NCBI GenBank assembly: GCA_029887765.1
Contig: JARXPF010000001.1
Coordinates: 64,488 to 128,487, forward strand
Source: Thermoproteota archaeon
GTDB taxonomy: Archaea; Thermoproteota; Methanomethylicia; Methanomethylicales; Methanomethylicaceae
DNA length: 64,000 nt
Direction: 5' to 3'
Below are positions 39,218-49,198 of the stretch, piece by piece (positions within the stretch are counted from its first letter, which is position 1; every line of letters starts with the position of its first letter). The notes below the pieces were generated by a model. That model did no database searches. It saw only the letters and a program-made list of their open reading frames with translations, and was not told the DNA's origin. Made by a program: the position numbers and the translations under genes.

Positions 39218-39618
39218 AAACTTATGTTGTAATGTTATCACCAGACTCAAACTTAACACCATCAATGTTAGTAGAAAAAATTTCAAAAATAAGTGGAATA
39301 GTATATAAGGAAACTTGTTATGGTCTATTAATAGAAGGTGAAGAAGAAGTAATTGAAGAAGCTATAAGAGAATTGAAAAGTATGGACCCTAATAGAATAT
39401 TCATTAAAATAAGAGGTTATAGAATTGGAGATGAAAGAATTTGTAGAGCAAAAAGAGGAGGGGGGCCAAGGCCAGGATTTTTCATGTTAGGACAAGAAAG
39501 AAGTGTTTTAAAAAATGTTGTAAAAGCTTTAGAAAGTAAAGAAGAAATTTCAATAAAAAAAGAAAAAAAGAAACTAGATTATAACAAACTTAAAAAAATA
39601 ATAAAGGAGGAAATTTAA
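39214..39618 (+). CDS. mmp6: Methanogenesis marker protein 6
   Basis: KETCYG, DPNRIFIKIRGY..GD.RICRA.RGGGPRPGF. Confidence 0.92.
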   Translation: MKTYVVMLSPDSNLTPSMLVEKISKISGIVYKETCYGLLIEGEEEVIEEAIRELKSMDPNRIFIKIRGYRIGDERICRAKRGGGPRPGFFMLGQERSVLKNVVKALESKEEISIKKEKKKLDYNKLKKIIKEEI

Positions 39619-39619
39619 A

Positions 39620-40171
39620 ATTAAACTCGTTATAGATTCTTCAGACAAGAAAGGAGGAGAAGTTTATAGACATATAATAGAAAGAAGTATTGAAGACTTA
39701 GCTTTAGGTGGAAGTATTAAATGGATTTATGCATATATAAGGCCAGAAATTCCACTTTTTATAGTTAAAATAAATTATAGAGAATATGAAAGAAAAAATA
39801 TACTCAAAGATTTAGCAAAATTTGAAGTTAAATCAAATGCAATAAAGATTATTTTAAATAATGAATTAGATTTATCAGATGCTTTAAGAGCTCTCTGGAG
39901 TGAAATAGGAAGAGATAGAGTAGAACAGATAGGAAGACAAGAAATATTAGTAAAAAATACTGATTTGGAAATTTTAAAGAATCTAAAAATTAGAGAGAGA
40001 ACAATTAGTATATCAGATAAAATTATTGAATTAATAACAAGAATATTGCCTGAAGGTTTTAGAATTAGGCATTTTATAAAAGAAAATGATGTATTAATTG
40101 TATTAGCATCTGAAGATCCGATTAAGAAAGATTGGATTGATATGGCATTAGGGATGATTGTTGATGCTTAA
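39620..40171 (+). CDS. mmp17: Methanogenesis marker protein 17 (apparent ATT start; ORF track shows only the C-terminus)
   Basis: Open frame IKLVIDSSDKKGGEVYRHII...DLAL...PEIPLFIV...LWSEIGRDRVEQ...RILPEGFRIR...ASED; GGAGG at 39606-39610. Confidence 0.85.
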   Translation: MKLVIDSSDKKGGEVYRHIIERSIEDLALGGSIKWIYAYIRPEIPLFIVKINYREYERKNILKDLAKFEVKSNAIKIILNNELDLSDALRALWSEIGRDRVEQIGRQEILVKNTDLEILKNLKIRERTISISDKIIELITRILPEGFRIRHFIKENDVLIVLASEDPIKKDWIDMALGMIVDA

Positions 40172-41078
40172 ATATTTAATATTTGAAGGAGGGGTTTATA
40201 AACATGAGCTTATTACTGAATTTGTAGAAGATGTTGGCGGTTTTATTATTCAAAAAAATATTATTGGATTAGACTTAATTATGCATATAGCTATTCCTGA
40301 AGATGATTATAAAAAAATTATAGAAATTGCTAATGAAATAAAAGGCAATTTGAAAGAAGCTCCATTAATAGGTATAGAAATTGCTGTAGTAGCTCCAACA
40401 TTATCTAGACATCATTTACCACATCCAGCATGTGATATTGCAGAAAATTTAAGAAGACATGGAGCAAAAACCAATTTAATAGGATTATCTAGAGGAGTTG
40501 GTCAGAAAATTGCTCATATAAATAAAGATGATATTGAACTCATAGAAGAACATGATATTGCAGTTTTTGTTCTTGGAAATTTTGAATATTGTATTAAGAA
40601 TTTCAAATATAAATTGTTTAAGGATATTTCCATACCAATTATTGTAACTGGTGGACCTGAAGAAATGGATTTACCTGGAATTGAAGGATACGTAGGAGGA
40701 ATTGGAAGATATCCTGAAAGATTTAGAATAAATGAAATGATAGAAAAATTAAACTTAATATCTAAATTAGCAGGAGATATAGCTGAAAAAAGAAGAAAGG
40801 AAATGGACTTAGACCCTTTAATTATAGAACCTGCACTTGTAAAAAAAGAAATTGAAAGACAAATACCAGAAGTATTAGAAGCTTTATCACCTAATCCAGT
40901 TACATTAAAGATAGATGGAGTAAGAATAAAATTACCATATGAAGAATACAAGGATAAAGTAAGTTCCATAAATATTGAAGGAAAAAACTTAAAAGATTTT
41001 GCCATTATTAAAAAATCATTAATGAGAGATTATATATTAGTAAAAATTTTACCAGAATCCTTCTTTATTAAGGTGTGA
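40164..41078 (+). CDS. mmp7: Methanogenesis marker protein 7
   Basis: FEGGVYKH...EDVGGF, PTLSRHHLPHPACDIAE, GLSRGVG. Confidence 0.93.
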   Translation: MLKYLIFEGGVYKHELITEFVEDVGGFIIQKNIIGLDLIMHIAIPEDDYKKIIEIANEIKGNLKEAPLIGIEIAVVAPTLSRHHLPHPACDIAENLRRHGAKTNLIGLSRGVGQKIAHINKDDIELIEEHDIAVFVLGNFEYCIKNFKYKLFKDISIPIIVTGGPEEMDLPGIEGYVGGIGRYPERFRINEMIEKLNLISKLAGDIAEKRRKEMDLDPLIIEPALVKKEIERQIPEVLEALSPNPVTLKIDGVRIKLPYEEYKDKVSSINIEGKNLKDFAIIKKSLMRDYILVKILPESFFIKV

Positions 41079-41082
41079 ATAA

Positions 41083-42756
41083 ATGCTATTGTGTGAAAAT
41101 ATTGTTAAAGTATTTCAAAATGGAGTTAAAGCTTTAGATTCAATATCATTAGAATTAAAAAGAGGAGAAATTTTAGGAATATTAGGAGAAAGTGGTGCAG
41201 GAAAAACAACTTTATTAAGAATATTAAGAGGAGTAGAAAGTTTTAATAATGGTAGAATATTGTTTGAAGATCTTGAGATAACTCCAAATTCACCAAAAGA
41301 AGTATTTTACGAATTACAAAAAAGAACAGCTATACAACTTCAAAGAACATTTAGTCTTTGGCCAGATTCTGTTATTGACAATGTTATAAGAGCTTTAAGA
41401 TATCAAGATATACGAGAAGAAACTCTACCTCAAAGTGAAGGAGAATATGAAGAATATAAAATTAAAGCTTTAGAAATATTAAAAATTGTAGGACTTGATG
41501 GAAAAGCAGATTTATGGTCTATGATATTAAGTGGAGGAGAAAAACAGAGGCTAATTTTAGCTAGACAAATTGCAAGAAAACCTAAAATTTTATTACTTGA
41601 TGAACCTGGTACAATGACTGATGTTAAAAGTAGAGAAGATTTGATAAATGCATTAAAAAAAGTGAGAGAAGCTTATAATACAAGTATTCTCTTTGTTTCT
41701 CATAATCCTCAAACTCATTTAAAACTTGCAGATAGAGCAATACTTATTGAAAAAGGTAGGAAAATAATGGAAGGAAAAACAGAAGATGTAATAAATGAGT
41801 TTCTTTCAAAATTAGAAAAACCATTGGAAAAGACAATTATAAAGGGAAAAGAAATTCTTAAAATGGAAAATGTTAATAAAATATATAAAATTATTCCATA
41901 TGGAAAAATATTTGAATTAAAAAATGCTAATTTAACTTTTAGAACAGGAGAAATAACTGCAATTATAGGCCCTTCTGCTGCTGGAAAAACAGTACTCTTG
42001 AGAATGTTAGCAGGATTAGAAATGCCAAATTCTGGAAATATAATGTTATATCATAAAGGTGAATGGATTATTTTAAATAAGCTTTGTAAAAAAAGTTTGA
42101 GAGCTAGAAGAAAAATAAGCATAATGCATCAAGAATTTGATCTACCATATTGGTCTGAAGTATTAAGTTTATTTTCTTCAAGACTTGGAATAAAAGATTA
42201 TAAATTATTAGAAAGAGCAATTAAAAAAGCTGAAAAAATGGGATTAAGTGAAATTCATATAGATTTTCTAAGTAGAATTATGGATTTGCCTGAAAATGAA
42301 TTAGAAATTAAATTAAATGAATTAGAAATTGATAGAAATTTCTTAAAAGAAATTTTTAAGGAAAAAAATCTTGAAAAAAGTAAAGAAATTGCAGAAAAAA
42401 TTTTGAGTTGGTTTAATATAAATCCAGAAATACTTAATAGAAAATCTTATGAACTTTCAGGTGGTGAAAAAATAAGAATTGCACTTGCTTTAGCAATAGC
42501 ATCAAATCCTAAAGTATTATTACTTGATGAGCCTTTTGGTGATTTAGATCCATTAAACTTAAGAAGAGTTGCAAATATTTTAAAAAGAATTAAATTACTT
42601 TTCAAACCAGCAATAATATTAGTAAGTCATCAACTTGATTTTGTAGAAGAAGTAGCAGATAGATGTATATTAATTATTAATGGTAAAATTTTAAGTGATG
42701 GCAATCCTTCGATGGTTATTAAAGAATATATGAGGGTAAAAGAAAATGGAATTTGA
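41083..42756 (+). CDS. AtwA (component A2)-like tandem ABC ATPase lacking the zinc-binding motif
   Basis: Two NBDs ([16 protein letters not shown]; GPSAAGKT/LSGGEKIR); A2-type QRTFSLW and HQEFDL; no CxxC..CxxC. Confidence 0.8.
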   Translation: MLLCENIVKVFQNGVKALDSISLELKRGEILGILGESGAGKTTLLRILRGVESFNNGRILFEDLEITPNSPKEVFYELQKRTAIQLQRTFSLWPDSVIDNVIRALRYQDIREETLPQSEGEYEEYKIKALEILKIVGLDGKADLWSMILSGGEKQRLILARQIARKPKILLLDEPGTMTDVKSREDLINALKKVREAYNTSILFVSHNPQTHLKLADRAILIEKGRKIMEGKTEDVINEFLSKLEKPLEKTIIKGKEILKMENVNKIYKIIPYGKIFELKNANLTFRTGEITAIIGPSAAGKTVLLRMLAGLEMPNSGNIMLYHKGEWIILNKLCKKSLRARRKISIMHQEFDLPYWSEVLSLFSSRLGIKDYKLLERAIKKAEKMGLSEIHIDFLSRIMDLPENELEIKLNELEIDRNFLKEIFKEKNLEKSKEIAEKILSWFNINPEILNRKSYELSGGEKIRIALALAIASNPKVLLLDEPFGDLDPLNLRRVANILKRIKLLFKPAIILVSHQLDFVEEVADRCILIINGKILSDGNPSMVIKEYMRVKENGI

Positions 42757-44638
42757 AGTAAAATTTTTACCTGAGGGTAAGAAAACTTTAGTAAAAGAAG
42801 GAGCTACAGTTTTTGAAGCAGCTCTAAAAGCTGGTGTTGATCTTATAGCATTATGTGGTGGTAAAGGATTTTGTGGAAAATGTTTAATAGAAATTATAAA
42901 AGGAGAAATTCCTCCACCTACAGAACAAGAATTACGTAAAATTGGTAAAGAAAAAATTGAAAAAGGAATTAGACTAGCATGTCAATTAAAAGTATACGAT
43001 AATTTAATAATAGGAGTGCCAAATCAAAGTAGAATAGGAAAACAGAAATTAGTTATAATGGGCGTAGAACCACCAATTAAAATTAATCCAAATGTTAAGA
43101 AATTTTATTTTGAAATTACTCCTCCATCATTAGATGACCCTAGAGGAGATGATTTAAGAATAAATGAAATTTTATCAAATATAAACAATATTTCATTTAA
43201 TTATTCATTAGTTAAAGAAATGCCATCAATTCTAAGAGAAAGTAATTGGAAAGTCACTTTAACAATAGTAAATAATGAATTAATAAATATACAACCTGGT
43301 GATAAGACAAAAGATTGCTATGGAGTTGCAGTAGATATTGGAACTACAAAACTTGCAGTATTCATAGTAGATTTGTTAAGTGGTGATATATTATTTGCAG
43401 ATGGAATGATGAATCCACAAATAAAATATGGAGAAGATGTGATTTCAAGAATACAATATGCATCTCAAAGTAATGAAAATCTTAGAGAAGTTCAAAATGC
43501 AATAATAAATGGAATAAATGGATTAATAGAAAAAGGATTAAAGGAAACTGGTATAAATAAAGAGGATTTATATGAAATGGTCGTAGTAGGAAATACTGCT
43601 ATGCATCACTTATTCTTAGGATTAAATGTAAAATGGCTTGGTTTAGCACCTTATGCTCCAGTAATAGGAATGGGATATAATGTTAAGGCAAGAGAAATTG
43701 GAATTAACATAAACCCTTCTGGTAATGTTTATACATTACCAAATGTAGCAGGTTTTGTAGGTGCTGATGCTATAGCAGATATCTTAGCATCAAAAATATA
43801 TGAAAAAGATAATTTAACACTACTCATGGATGTTGGAACAAATACTGAAGTAATATTAGGGAATAAATATGAGCTTTTATGTTGTTCCACAGCTTCTGGA
43901 CCGGCATTTGAAGGAGCTCATATAAAATTTGGTATGAGAGCTGCAAGTGGGGCAATAGAAAGAGTGAAAATAAAAGAAGATTTTGAAGTTGAATATTCTA
44001 CAATAGATGATGAAAAAGCAAGAGGAATATGTGGCTCAGGTATTATAGATGCTATTGCTGAAATGTTAAGAACAGGAGTAATAGATACTGCTGGTAGAAT
44101 TGTATTAGAAAATCATAAAAGAGTACGAAAAGGAGAATTTGGTAAAGAATTCATTATTGTATTTAAAGAAGAAACAGCTACAGGTGAAGAAGATATTGTA
44201 ATAACTCAAGAAGATATTAGAGAAATACAGAAAGCAAAAGCTGCAATGTATGCTGGATATATGACACTTATGAGAGTAGGAGGTTTTAAGAAAGAAGATT
44301 TATTTGAAATAATAATTGCAGGAGCTTTTGGAAGTTATATTGATCCATTAAGTGCAAAAATCATAGGAATGATACCTGAATTACCAATATCTAAAATATC
44401 ATTTTTAGGTAATACAGCAGGATCAGGTGCAAGAATATGTTTAAAATCAATTGATTATAGAAAAAAAGCTGAAGAAATTGCTAAAAAAATGAAGTATATA
44501 GAGTTAGCTGTAATGCGAATTTTTGAAGAAGAATATATAAACGCAATGTTTTTACCAAATAGTAGAATTGAAGATTTTCCAGAAGTAATGAGTATTATAA
44601 AAGCACCAATAAATGTGAAAAGATATGTTAAAAAATGA
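42746..44638 (+). CDS. RACo/Ram-type ATP-dependent corrinoid reductive activator (2Fe-2S + ASKHA)
   Basis: CGGKGFCGKC..RLACQ, VDIGTT, GEDVISRI, DVGTNTE, GPAFEG, GICGSG, AGAFG. Confidence 0.92.
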   Translation: MEFEVKFLPEGKKTLVKEGATVFEAALKAGVDLIALCGGKGFCGKCLIEIIKGEIPPPTEQELRKIGKEKIEKGIRLACQLKVYDNLIIGVPNQSRIGKQKLVIMGVEPPIKINPNVKKFYFEITPPSLDDPRGDDLRINEILSNINNISFNYSLVKEMPSILRESNWKVTLTIVNNELINIQPGDKTKDCYGVAVDIGTTKLAVFIVDLLSGDILFADGMMNPQIKYGEDVISRIQYASQSNENLREVQNAIINGINGLIEKGLKETGINKEDLYEMVVVGNTAMHHLFLGLNVKWLGLAPYAPVIGMGYNVKAREIGININPSGNVYTLPNVAGFVGADAIADILASKIYEKDNLTLLMDVGTNTEVILGNKYELLCCSTASGPAFEGAHIKFGMRAASGAIERVKIKEDFEVEYSTIDDEKARGICGSGIIDAIAEMLRTGVIDTAGRIVLENHKRVRKGEFGKEFIIVFKEETATGEEDIVITQEDIREIQKAKAAMYAGYMTLMRVGGFKKEDLFEIIIAGAFGSYIDPLSAKIIGMIPELPISKISFLGNTAGSGARICLKSIDYRKKAEEIAKKMKYIELAVMRIFEEEYINAMFLPNSRIEDFPEVMSIIKAPINVKRYVKK

Positions 44639-45167
44639 TATTATTAATATATTAAATAAAATTGAAGGAATCGTAAAAATTGTGGAATTAAATGATGAAG
44701 AAAAAAAAGAAATAGAGAAATTAGAGAAAGAAGCAGAAAGTAAAGTACTTATGGGATTATGTAAAGGAATAAATATTGGTGTAAGAGAGGCCCTTAATAA
44801 AAAATTAGTCTATGCATGTTTAACAAATATGGAATTTAAATGGCCTAAAACTTCTTTAGTAAAAATAGTATGTGAAAATGAAGTAATAGCTGAAGATATT
44901 TATGATGAGGAACTTCTTAATAAAAAGAAGGAAGAGGGAAATTTAGTTTTAGGAAATTTAGTAGTTTATAAAGATAAATTAAAAATAATGAAAGAAAGAA
45001 AAGATAAATTATTAGCAATAATGCTTCCATTACCTATACCTGAATTAGAAAAAATAAATGCTATAGTAGGAAGTCCATCACCACCAGTTGATAAATATTT
45101 AAAAGTAAAGTTTGGGATTCTTGAAGAAAAGCCTGAACTTGGAACTATAATTATAGGAATAGACTAA
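44625..45167 (+). CDS. Hypothetical protein
   Basis: 180-aa ORF overlapping the RACo stop. Confidence 0.7.
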   Translation: MLKNDIINILNKIEGIVKIVELNDEEKKEIEKLEKEAESKVLMGLCKGINIGVREALNKKLVYACLTNMEFKWPKTSLVKIVCENEVIAEDIYDEELLNKKKEEGNLVLGNLVVYKDKLKIMKERKDKLLAIMLPLPIPELEKINAIVGSPSPPVDKYLKVKFGILEEKPELGTIIIGID

Positions 45168-45199
45168 GTTTTTAAGTTATTTTTCCTTAATAATAAAAT

Positions 45200-45703
45200 G
45201 TGTGGAAAGAAATAGAAAAATTCTTTTCAAGCTCACCTGCAAAACTTAAAGTAGCTAGAATAATGGTAGAATTAGGCTTTAGTATTAATAATGAAGGTAA
45301 AATTGTATGTGGTAATGTAGAAATACCAGATAGTAGTATAGCAAGAGCCATAGCAGTAGATAGAAGAGTTGTAAGACAAACTGTAAAAGAAATTTTAAAT
45401 GATGAAAAAATGAAAAATATATTTACTAAAATAAAACCAGCAGGAAGTTTTTTAAAAGAAGTTGCTCCAGACTTAGGTTATGGTGTTATTGAAATAAGAG
45501 CTCAACCAACTGCAATTGGTGTTATAGCAAAAGCTACATCATATATAGCAGAAGCTGGTCTTAGTATTAGACAAATATTAGCTGAAGATCCAGATTTGAA
45601 TCCAGATCCCAAATTATTAATAATAACAGATAAGAAAGTACCAGGAGAAGTAATATCAAAACTTTTAACAATTCCTACAGTTAAAAAAGTGAGTATAAGT
45701 TAA
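45200..45703 (+). CDS. ACT-domain regulator (HTH + ACT, archaeal amino-acid-binding type)
   Basis: SIARAIAVDRRVV HTH; C-terminal GVIAKAT..IAEAGLSIRQ ACT fold. Confidence 0.8.
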   Translation: MWKEIEKFFSSSPAKLKVARIMVELGFSINNEGKIVCGNVEIPDSSIARAIAVDRRVVRQTVKEILNDEKMKNIFTKIKPAGSFLKEVAPDLGYGVIEIRAQPTAIGVIAKATSYIAEAGLSIRQILAEDPDLNPDPKLLIITDKKVPGEVISKLLTIPTVKKVSIS

Positions 45704-46392
45704 ATTGATAATACTTTAGCAAATTGTCTTAGTAAATCTTCAGGATTTTTTGATTTTACAATTCCTGAAGCTATTAATACTCCTTCTGATCCAAGTTCAA
45801 TAGCCTTACTGATGTCTGAGGCATTGGTAATTCCTGCACCACATAAGACATGTACATTAGGATTGATTTTCTTAATAGATTCTACAGAATTTTTCACAAT
45901 CTCTGGCTTTGCTTTTGAAACTGAAATTCCCGTTCCTATTAACTCTGGAGGTTCTATTGCAATAATATCTGGATTTAATATAGAAAGTGCTTTAGCAATT
46001 TTTTCATTTCCTGCACATATACAACAAATTAAGTTTATTTCTTTACATCTATTCAATGATGCCTCTATTTCATCTAATCTTAATCTTCTTTCTGAATGAT
46101 TTAATAATGTTCCATGAGCTCCAGCTTCTTTAATTGATTCCGGTGTTATATGACCAGTATAAGCTCCAGGTTCGTATGAATCAACATGTTGAGCAAAAAT
46201 AGGTATGGAAACATTCTCAGCAATTGTTTTTATATCAACAAATTGAGGAGCGACTGCTATGCATACATTATATTCCATTGCAATTTTTTCAGCAATTTTT
46301 GCAAGATTTAAACCCTTATTTCCTAAAGCTTCTGTATAAGTTTTAAAATTTATGAGTAATAATGGATAAGTTATTTTCATAATTCTCACCAT
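45700..46392 (-). CDS. tpiA: Triosephosphate isomerase (archaeal)
   Basis: INFKTY, LLNHSE, AIEPPELIG, CGAGI, LIASG. Confidence 0.96.
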   Translation of the reverse strand: MVRIMKITYPLLLINFKTYTEALGNKGLNLAKIAEKIAMEYNVCIAVAPQFVDIKTIAENVSIPIFAQHVDSYEPGAYTGHITPESIKEAGAHGTLLNHSERRLRLDEIEASLNRCKEINLICCICAGNEKIAKALSILNPDIIAIEPPELIGTGISVSKAKPEIVKNSVESIKKINPNVHVLCGAGITNASDISKAIELGSEGVLIASGIVKSKNPEDLLRQFAKVLSI

Positions 46393-46419
46393 GAATTATA
46401 AAATTTAGAATTTCTATTA

Positions 46420-47235
46420 TTGTTTTTGGTGTCAAAAATGCTTGCTCCTTTACAAAATATAAATTTAAAGAAAACAAGAGAATTCATAATAAATTTTTTA
46501 AAAAATGAAGTTGGAGATAGGAAAGTAGTTTTTGGATTAAGTGGTGGTGTAGATTCTTCAACTGTTGCAGCACTTCTTGCTCAAACTTTTGAAAAAGAAA
46601 GAATTTTAGCATTAATAATGCCTGAGAAAGCTTATTATGAAGATATAGAAGATGCATTATTAATTGCAAGTGAATTTAATTTAGATTATAAAATTATTGA
46701 AATTGGAGAAATAGTAGATTGTTTCTTAAATAAATTAGGAAAGGGAAAAAGTCTAGTAGCTGAAGGAAATTTAAAAGCAAGAATTAGAATGACAATACTT
46801 TATTATTTTGCAAATATTGAAAAAAGACTTGTTATAGGATGTGGAGATAGGAGTGAATTAGCAATAGGTTATTTTACAAAATATGGAGATGGAGGAGTAG
46901 ATTTACTTCCAATTGGAGGACTTTATAAAACACAAGTTAAATTATTAGCAGAATTTATGAAAGTACCAAGAAAAATTATAGAAAAAGGAAGTACTCCTGG
47001 CTTATGGCGAGGACAAACAGCAAAAGAAGAACTTGGTATGGATTATTATGAAATTGATGAAATATTATATTATCATTTAGATTTAGGATATGATTATAAT
47101 AAACTTATAATTGTATTTGGAAAGGAAAAAGAAGATAAAATTAAATTTTTATTAAATAGAATTTCTGAAAATAAACATAAATTAAGTATGCCACCAATAG
47201 CAAAAATACCTAATGAAATATTATTTGGTAGATAA
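46420..47235 (+). CDS. nadE: NH3-dependent NAD+ synthetase
   Basis: GLSGGVDS, GNLKARIRM, GYFTKYGDG, LYKTQV. Confidence 0.95.
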   Translation: MFLVSKMLAPLQNINLKKTREFIINFLKNEVGDRKVVFGLSGGVDSSTVAALLAQTFEKERILALIMPEKAYYEDIEDALLIASEFNLDYKIIEIGEIVDCFLNKLGKGKSLVAEGNLKARIRMTILYYFANIEKRLVIGCGDRSELAIGYFTKYGDGGVDLLPIGGLYKTQVKLLAEFMKVPRKIIEKGSTPGLWRGQTAKEELGMDYYEIDEILYYHLDLGYDYNKLIIVFGKEKEDKIKFLLNRISENKHKLSMPPIAKIPNEILFGR

Positions 47236-47238
47236 TTT

Positions 47239-47748
47239 ATGAAATTAGAAGAACTTGAAAATAAATTAAAATTAGGAGAATCACTTGAAGAAATTCTTAA
47301 AAAAGAAGGATGGAAGGATTTTGAAGATCTAACTTCATTAATTTTATCAGAGAATGGATTTTTAACTATTAAAAACTTTAGATTTTCATATAATAAAAAA
47401 AGATATGAAATAGATATTATAGCTTTGGAAGAACCAAGAGCTATATTAATAGATTGTAAGCATTGGAAAGCAAGATATGGTAAAAAATCAGCTTTAAGAA
47501 AAGCAGCCTATACACATTATCAAAAATGTTTAAATTTTTCATATAAATTAATTGAAATACCCATAATTGAATTAAAAAAATGGAACAAAGTAATAATAAT
47601 ACCTACATTAATAACACTTTATGAAGAGGAAGTAAGAGAAGAAGAAAAAGTATTAATTGTGCCTTTATTTAAAATTGTATCATTTTTAGAATGTGTAAGA
47701 AATGGATTTTTTGATATGATAAAACTTAAATTCTTTAAATTAAGTTAA
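47239..47748 (+). CDS. PD-(D/E)xK nuclease-domain protein (Mrr/NERD-like)
   Basis: WKDFE, EIDIIA, LIDCKHW. Confidence 0.75.
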   Translation: MKLEELENKLKLGESLEEILKKEGWKDFEDLTSLILSENGFLTIKNFRFSYNKKRYEIDIIALEEPRAILIDCKHWKARYGKKSALRKAAYTHYQKCLNFSYKLIEIPIIELKKWNKVIIIPTLITLYEEEVREEEKVLIVPLFKIVSFLECVRNGFFDMIKLKFFKLS

Positions 47749-49104
47749 AGAATTAGCTAATTTAATAGCTTTTAATACTGTTTCTACTGGATCTTTTCCT
47801 AATATTACTACCATAGGTTCTTTTCCATAATCTCCAGTATGATATATAATATCAGGAACTTTTCCAGTAGACTTTATTGCTTCTCTTGTACCCCATGGAA
47901 TTGTCGCTCCTTCTTTAGCTTTTATATCTTCAGGTTCTTTTGATCTATCATAATATCCTATAGTCCATCCTAATTTTTTACAAGTATCAATTACTTCTTT
48001 TGAATATTTAACATTCATAGCTGATCTTACATTTGAATCATATTCCATTACTGTTAATATTAAACTAGCCAAATGTTTTGAAGCTCCAAAAGCTGGACAA
48101 GAAGAAGGGCGTAATTTTCCACCAACATTAGTAATTCTTCCAGGAATACCACAAACCATTTCGAAACTATCTGCAAATGGATATGGAAGAGCCATTACTA
48201 AATTTATTTGACATTCAGGAGTTAGTTTAGAAAGTTGGGGTGCAGATTCTAGTAAACATAAAGCATCATTCATTTTTGAAAGTACTCTATAACGTTCTGC
48301 ATCAATTCTTAAATTACTCATAGGTTCTACTGGACCTACACCTTTTCCAATCTTTAAACCATACTTAATAGCATTTGTAACAAATTTTTTTGCTTCAGAA
48401 AAAGCTTCTTCAATTGAAAAACCTAAAGCAAGATAAGCAGCCATGGCTGCTGAAAAAGTACACCCAGTACCATGAGTTGTAATAGATTCTATTCTAGGGC
48501 TGCCTAAAATCTTAATTACTCCTTCTTTAGTACATAGAACATCTACAGCATCACCTTTTAAATGTCCACCTTTAACAATAACAGCTCTTGGTCCTAAATC
48601 CAAAATAGCTTTTCCTGCTTTTATAGAATCTTCAATAGTATTAATTTTAATTTTAGTTAAAGCTTCAGCTTCATTTAAATTTGGTGTTACTACTTCAGCT
48701 AATGGGATTAATTTTTCTTTAAGTGCATTCATTGCTTCTGGCAATAATAATGGAGCACCTGATTTTGCTATCATTACAGGATCTACAACAACTTTAATTC
48801 CAAGTTTTTTTATTACTTCAGATACTTCATTTATTATGGCTTCTGAAAATAACATACCAGTTTTTGCAAAATCAATACCAATATCGTTATGTACGACTTC
48901 TATTTGAAGACGAACCATTTCTGGTGGTATTTCATGTATTCCAAAAACTCCTGTAGTATTTTGTGCAGTAATAGCAGTAATAGCAACAGCACCATGTACA
49001 CCAATTGCAGCAAAAGTTTTTAGATCAGCTTCTATTCCTGCTCCTCCACCAGAATCTGATCCTGCAATTGTTAAAACAGTAGGTATTTTCAAAAAACTCA
49101 CCAA
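47740..49104 (-). CDS. thiDN: Bifunctional HMP/HMP-P kinase - thiamine phosphate synthase (ThiD-ThiN)
   Basis: [25 protein letters not shown]; C-terminal PECQINL, FGASKH, GKEP. Confidence 0.93.
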   Translation of the reverse strand: MVSFLKIPTVLTIAGSDSGGGAGIEADLKTFAAIGVHGAVAITAITAQNTTGVFGIHEIPPEMVRLQIEVVHNDIGIDFAKTGMLFSEAIINEVSEVIKKLGIKVVVDPVMIAKSGAPLLLPEAMNALKEKLIPLAEVVTPNLNEAEALTKIKINTIEDSIKAGKAILDLGPRAVIVKGGHLKGDAVDVLCTKEGVIKILGSPRIESITTHGTGCTFSAAMAAYLALGFSIEEAFSEAKKFVTNAIKYGLKIGKGVGPVEPMSNLRIDAERYRVLSKMNDALCLLESAPQLSKLTPECQINLVMALPYPFADSFEMVCGIPGRITNVGGKLRPSSCPAFGASKHLASLILTVMEYDSNVRSAMNVKYSKEVIDTCKKLGWTIGYYDRSKEPEDIKAKEGATIPWGTREAIKSTGKVPDIIYHTGDYGKEPMVVILGKDPVETVLKAIKLANSLT

Positions 49105-49164
49105 ATATAAAATTCCTCGATCATCTTTATAAAGGGTAATATAAATAATTTATTAATGAAAAAT

Positions 49165-49183
49165 AGTGATTATATAAATCACT
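49165..49183. promoter_or_regulatory. Palindrome AGTGATT-ATATA-AATCACT, candidate operator between divergent thiDN and thiR-like genes
   Basis: Perfect 7-bp inverted arms spanning a TATA-like core; function inferred from position. Confidence 0.5.
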
Positions 49184-49198
49184 TATGGAGGATAAAAG

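Noticed and set aside
47239-47748. Restriction-modification or defence island
   Set aside because: Lone PD-(D/E)xK gene coupled to nadE; no methylase or mobility genes nearby
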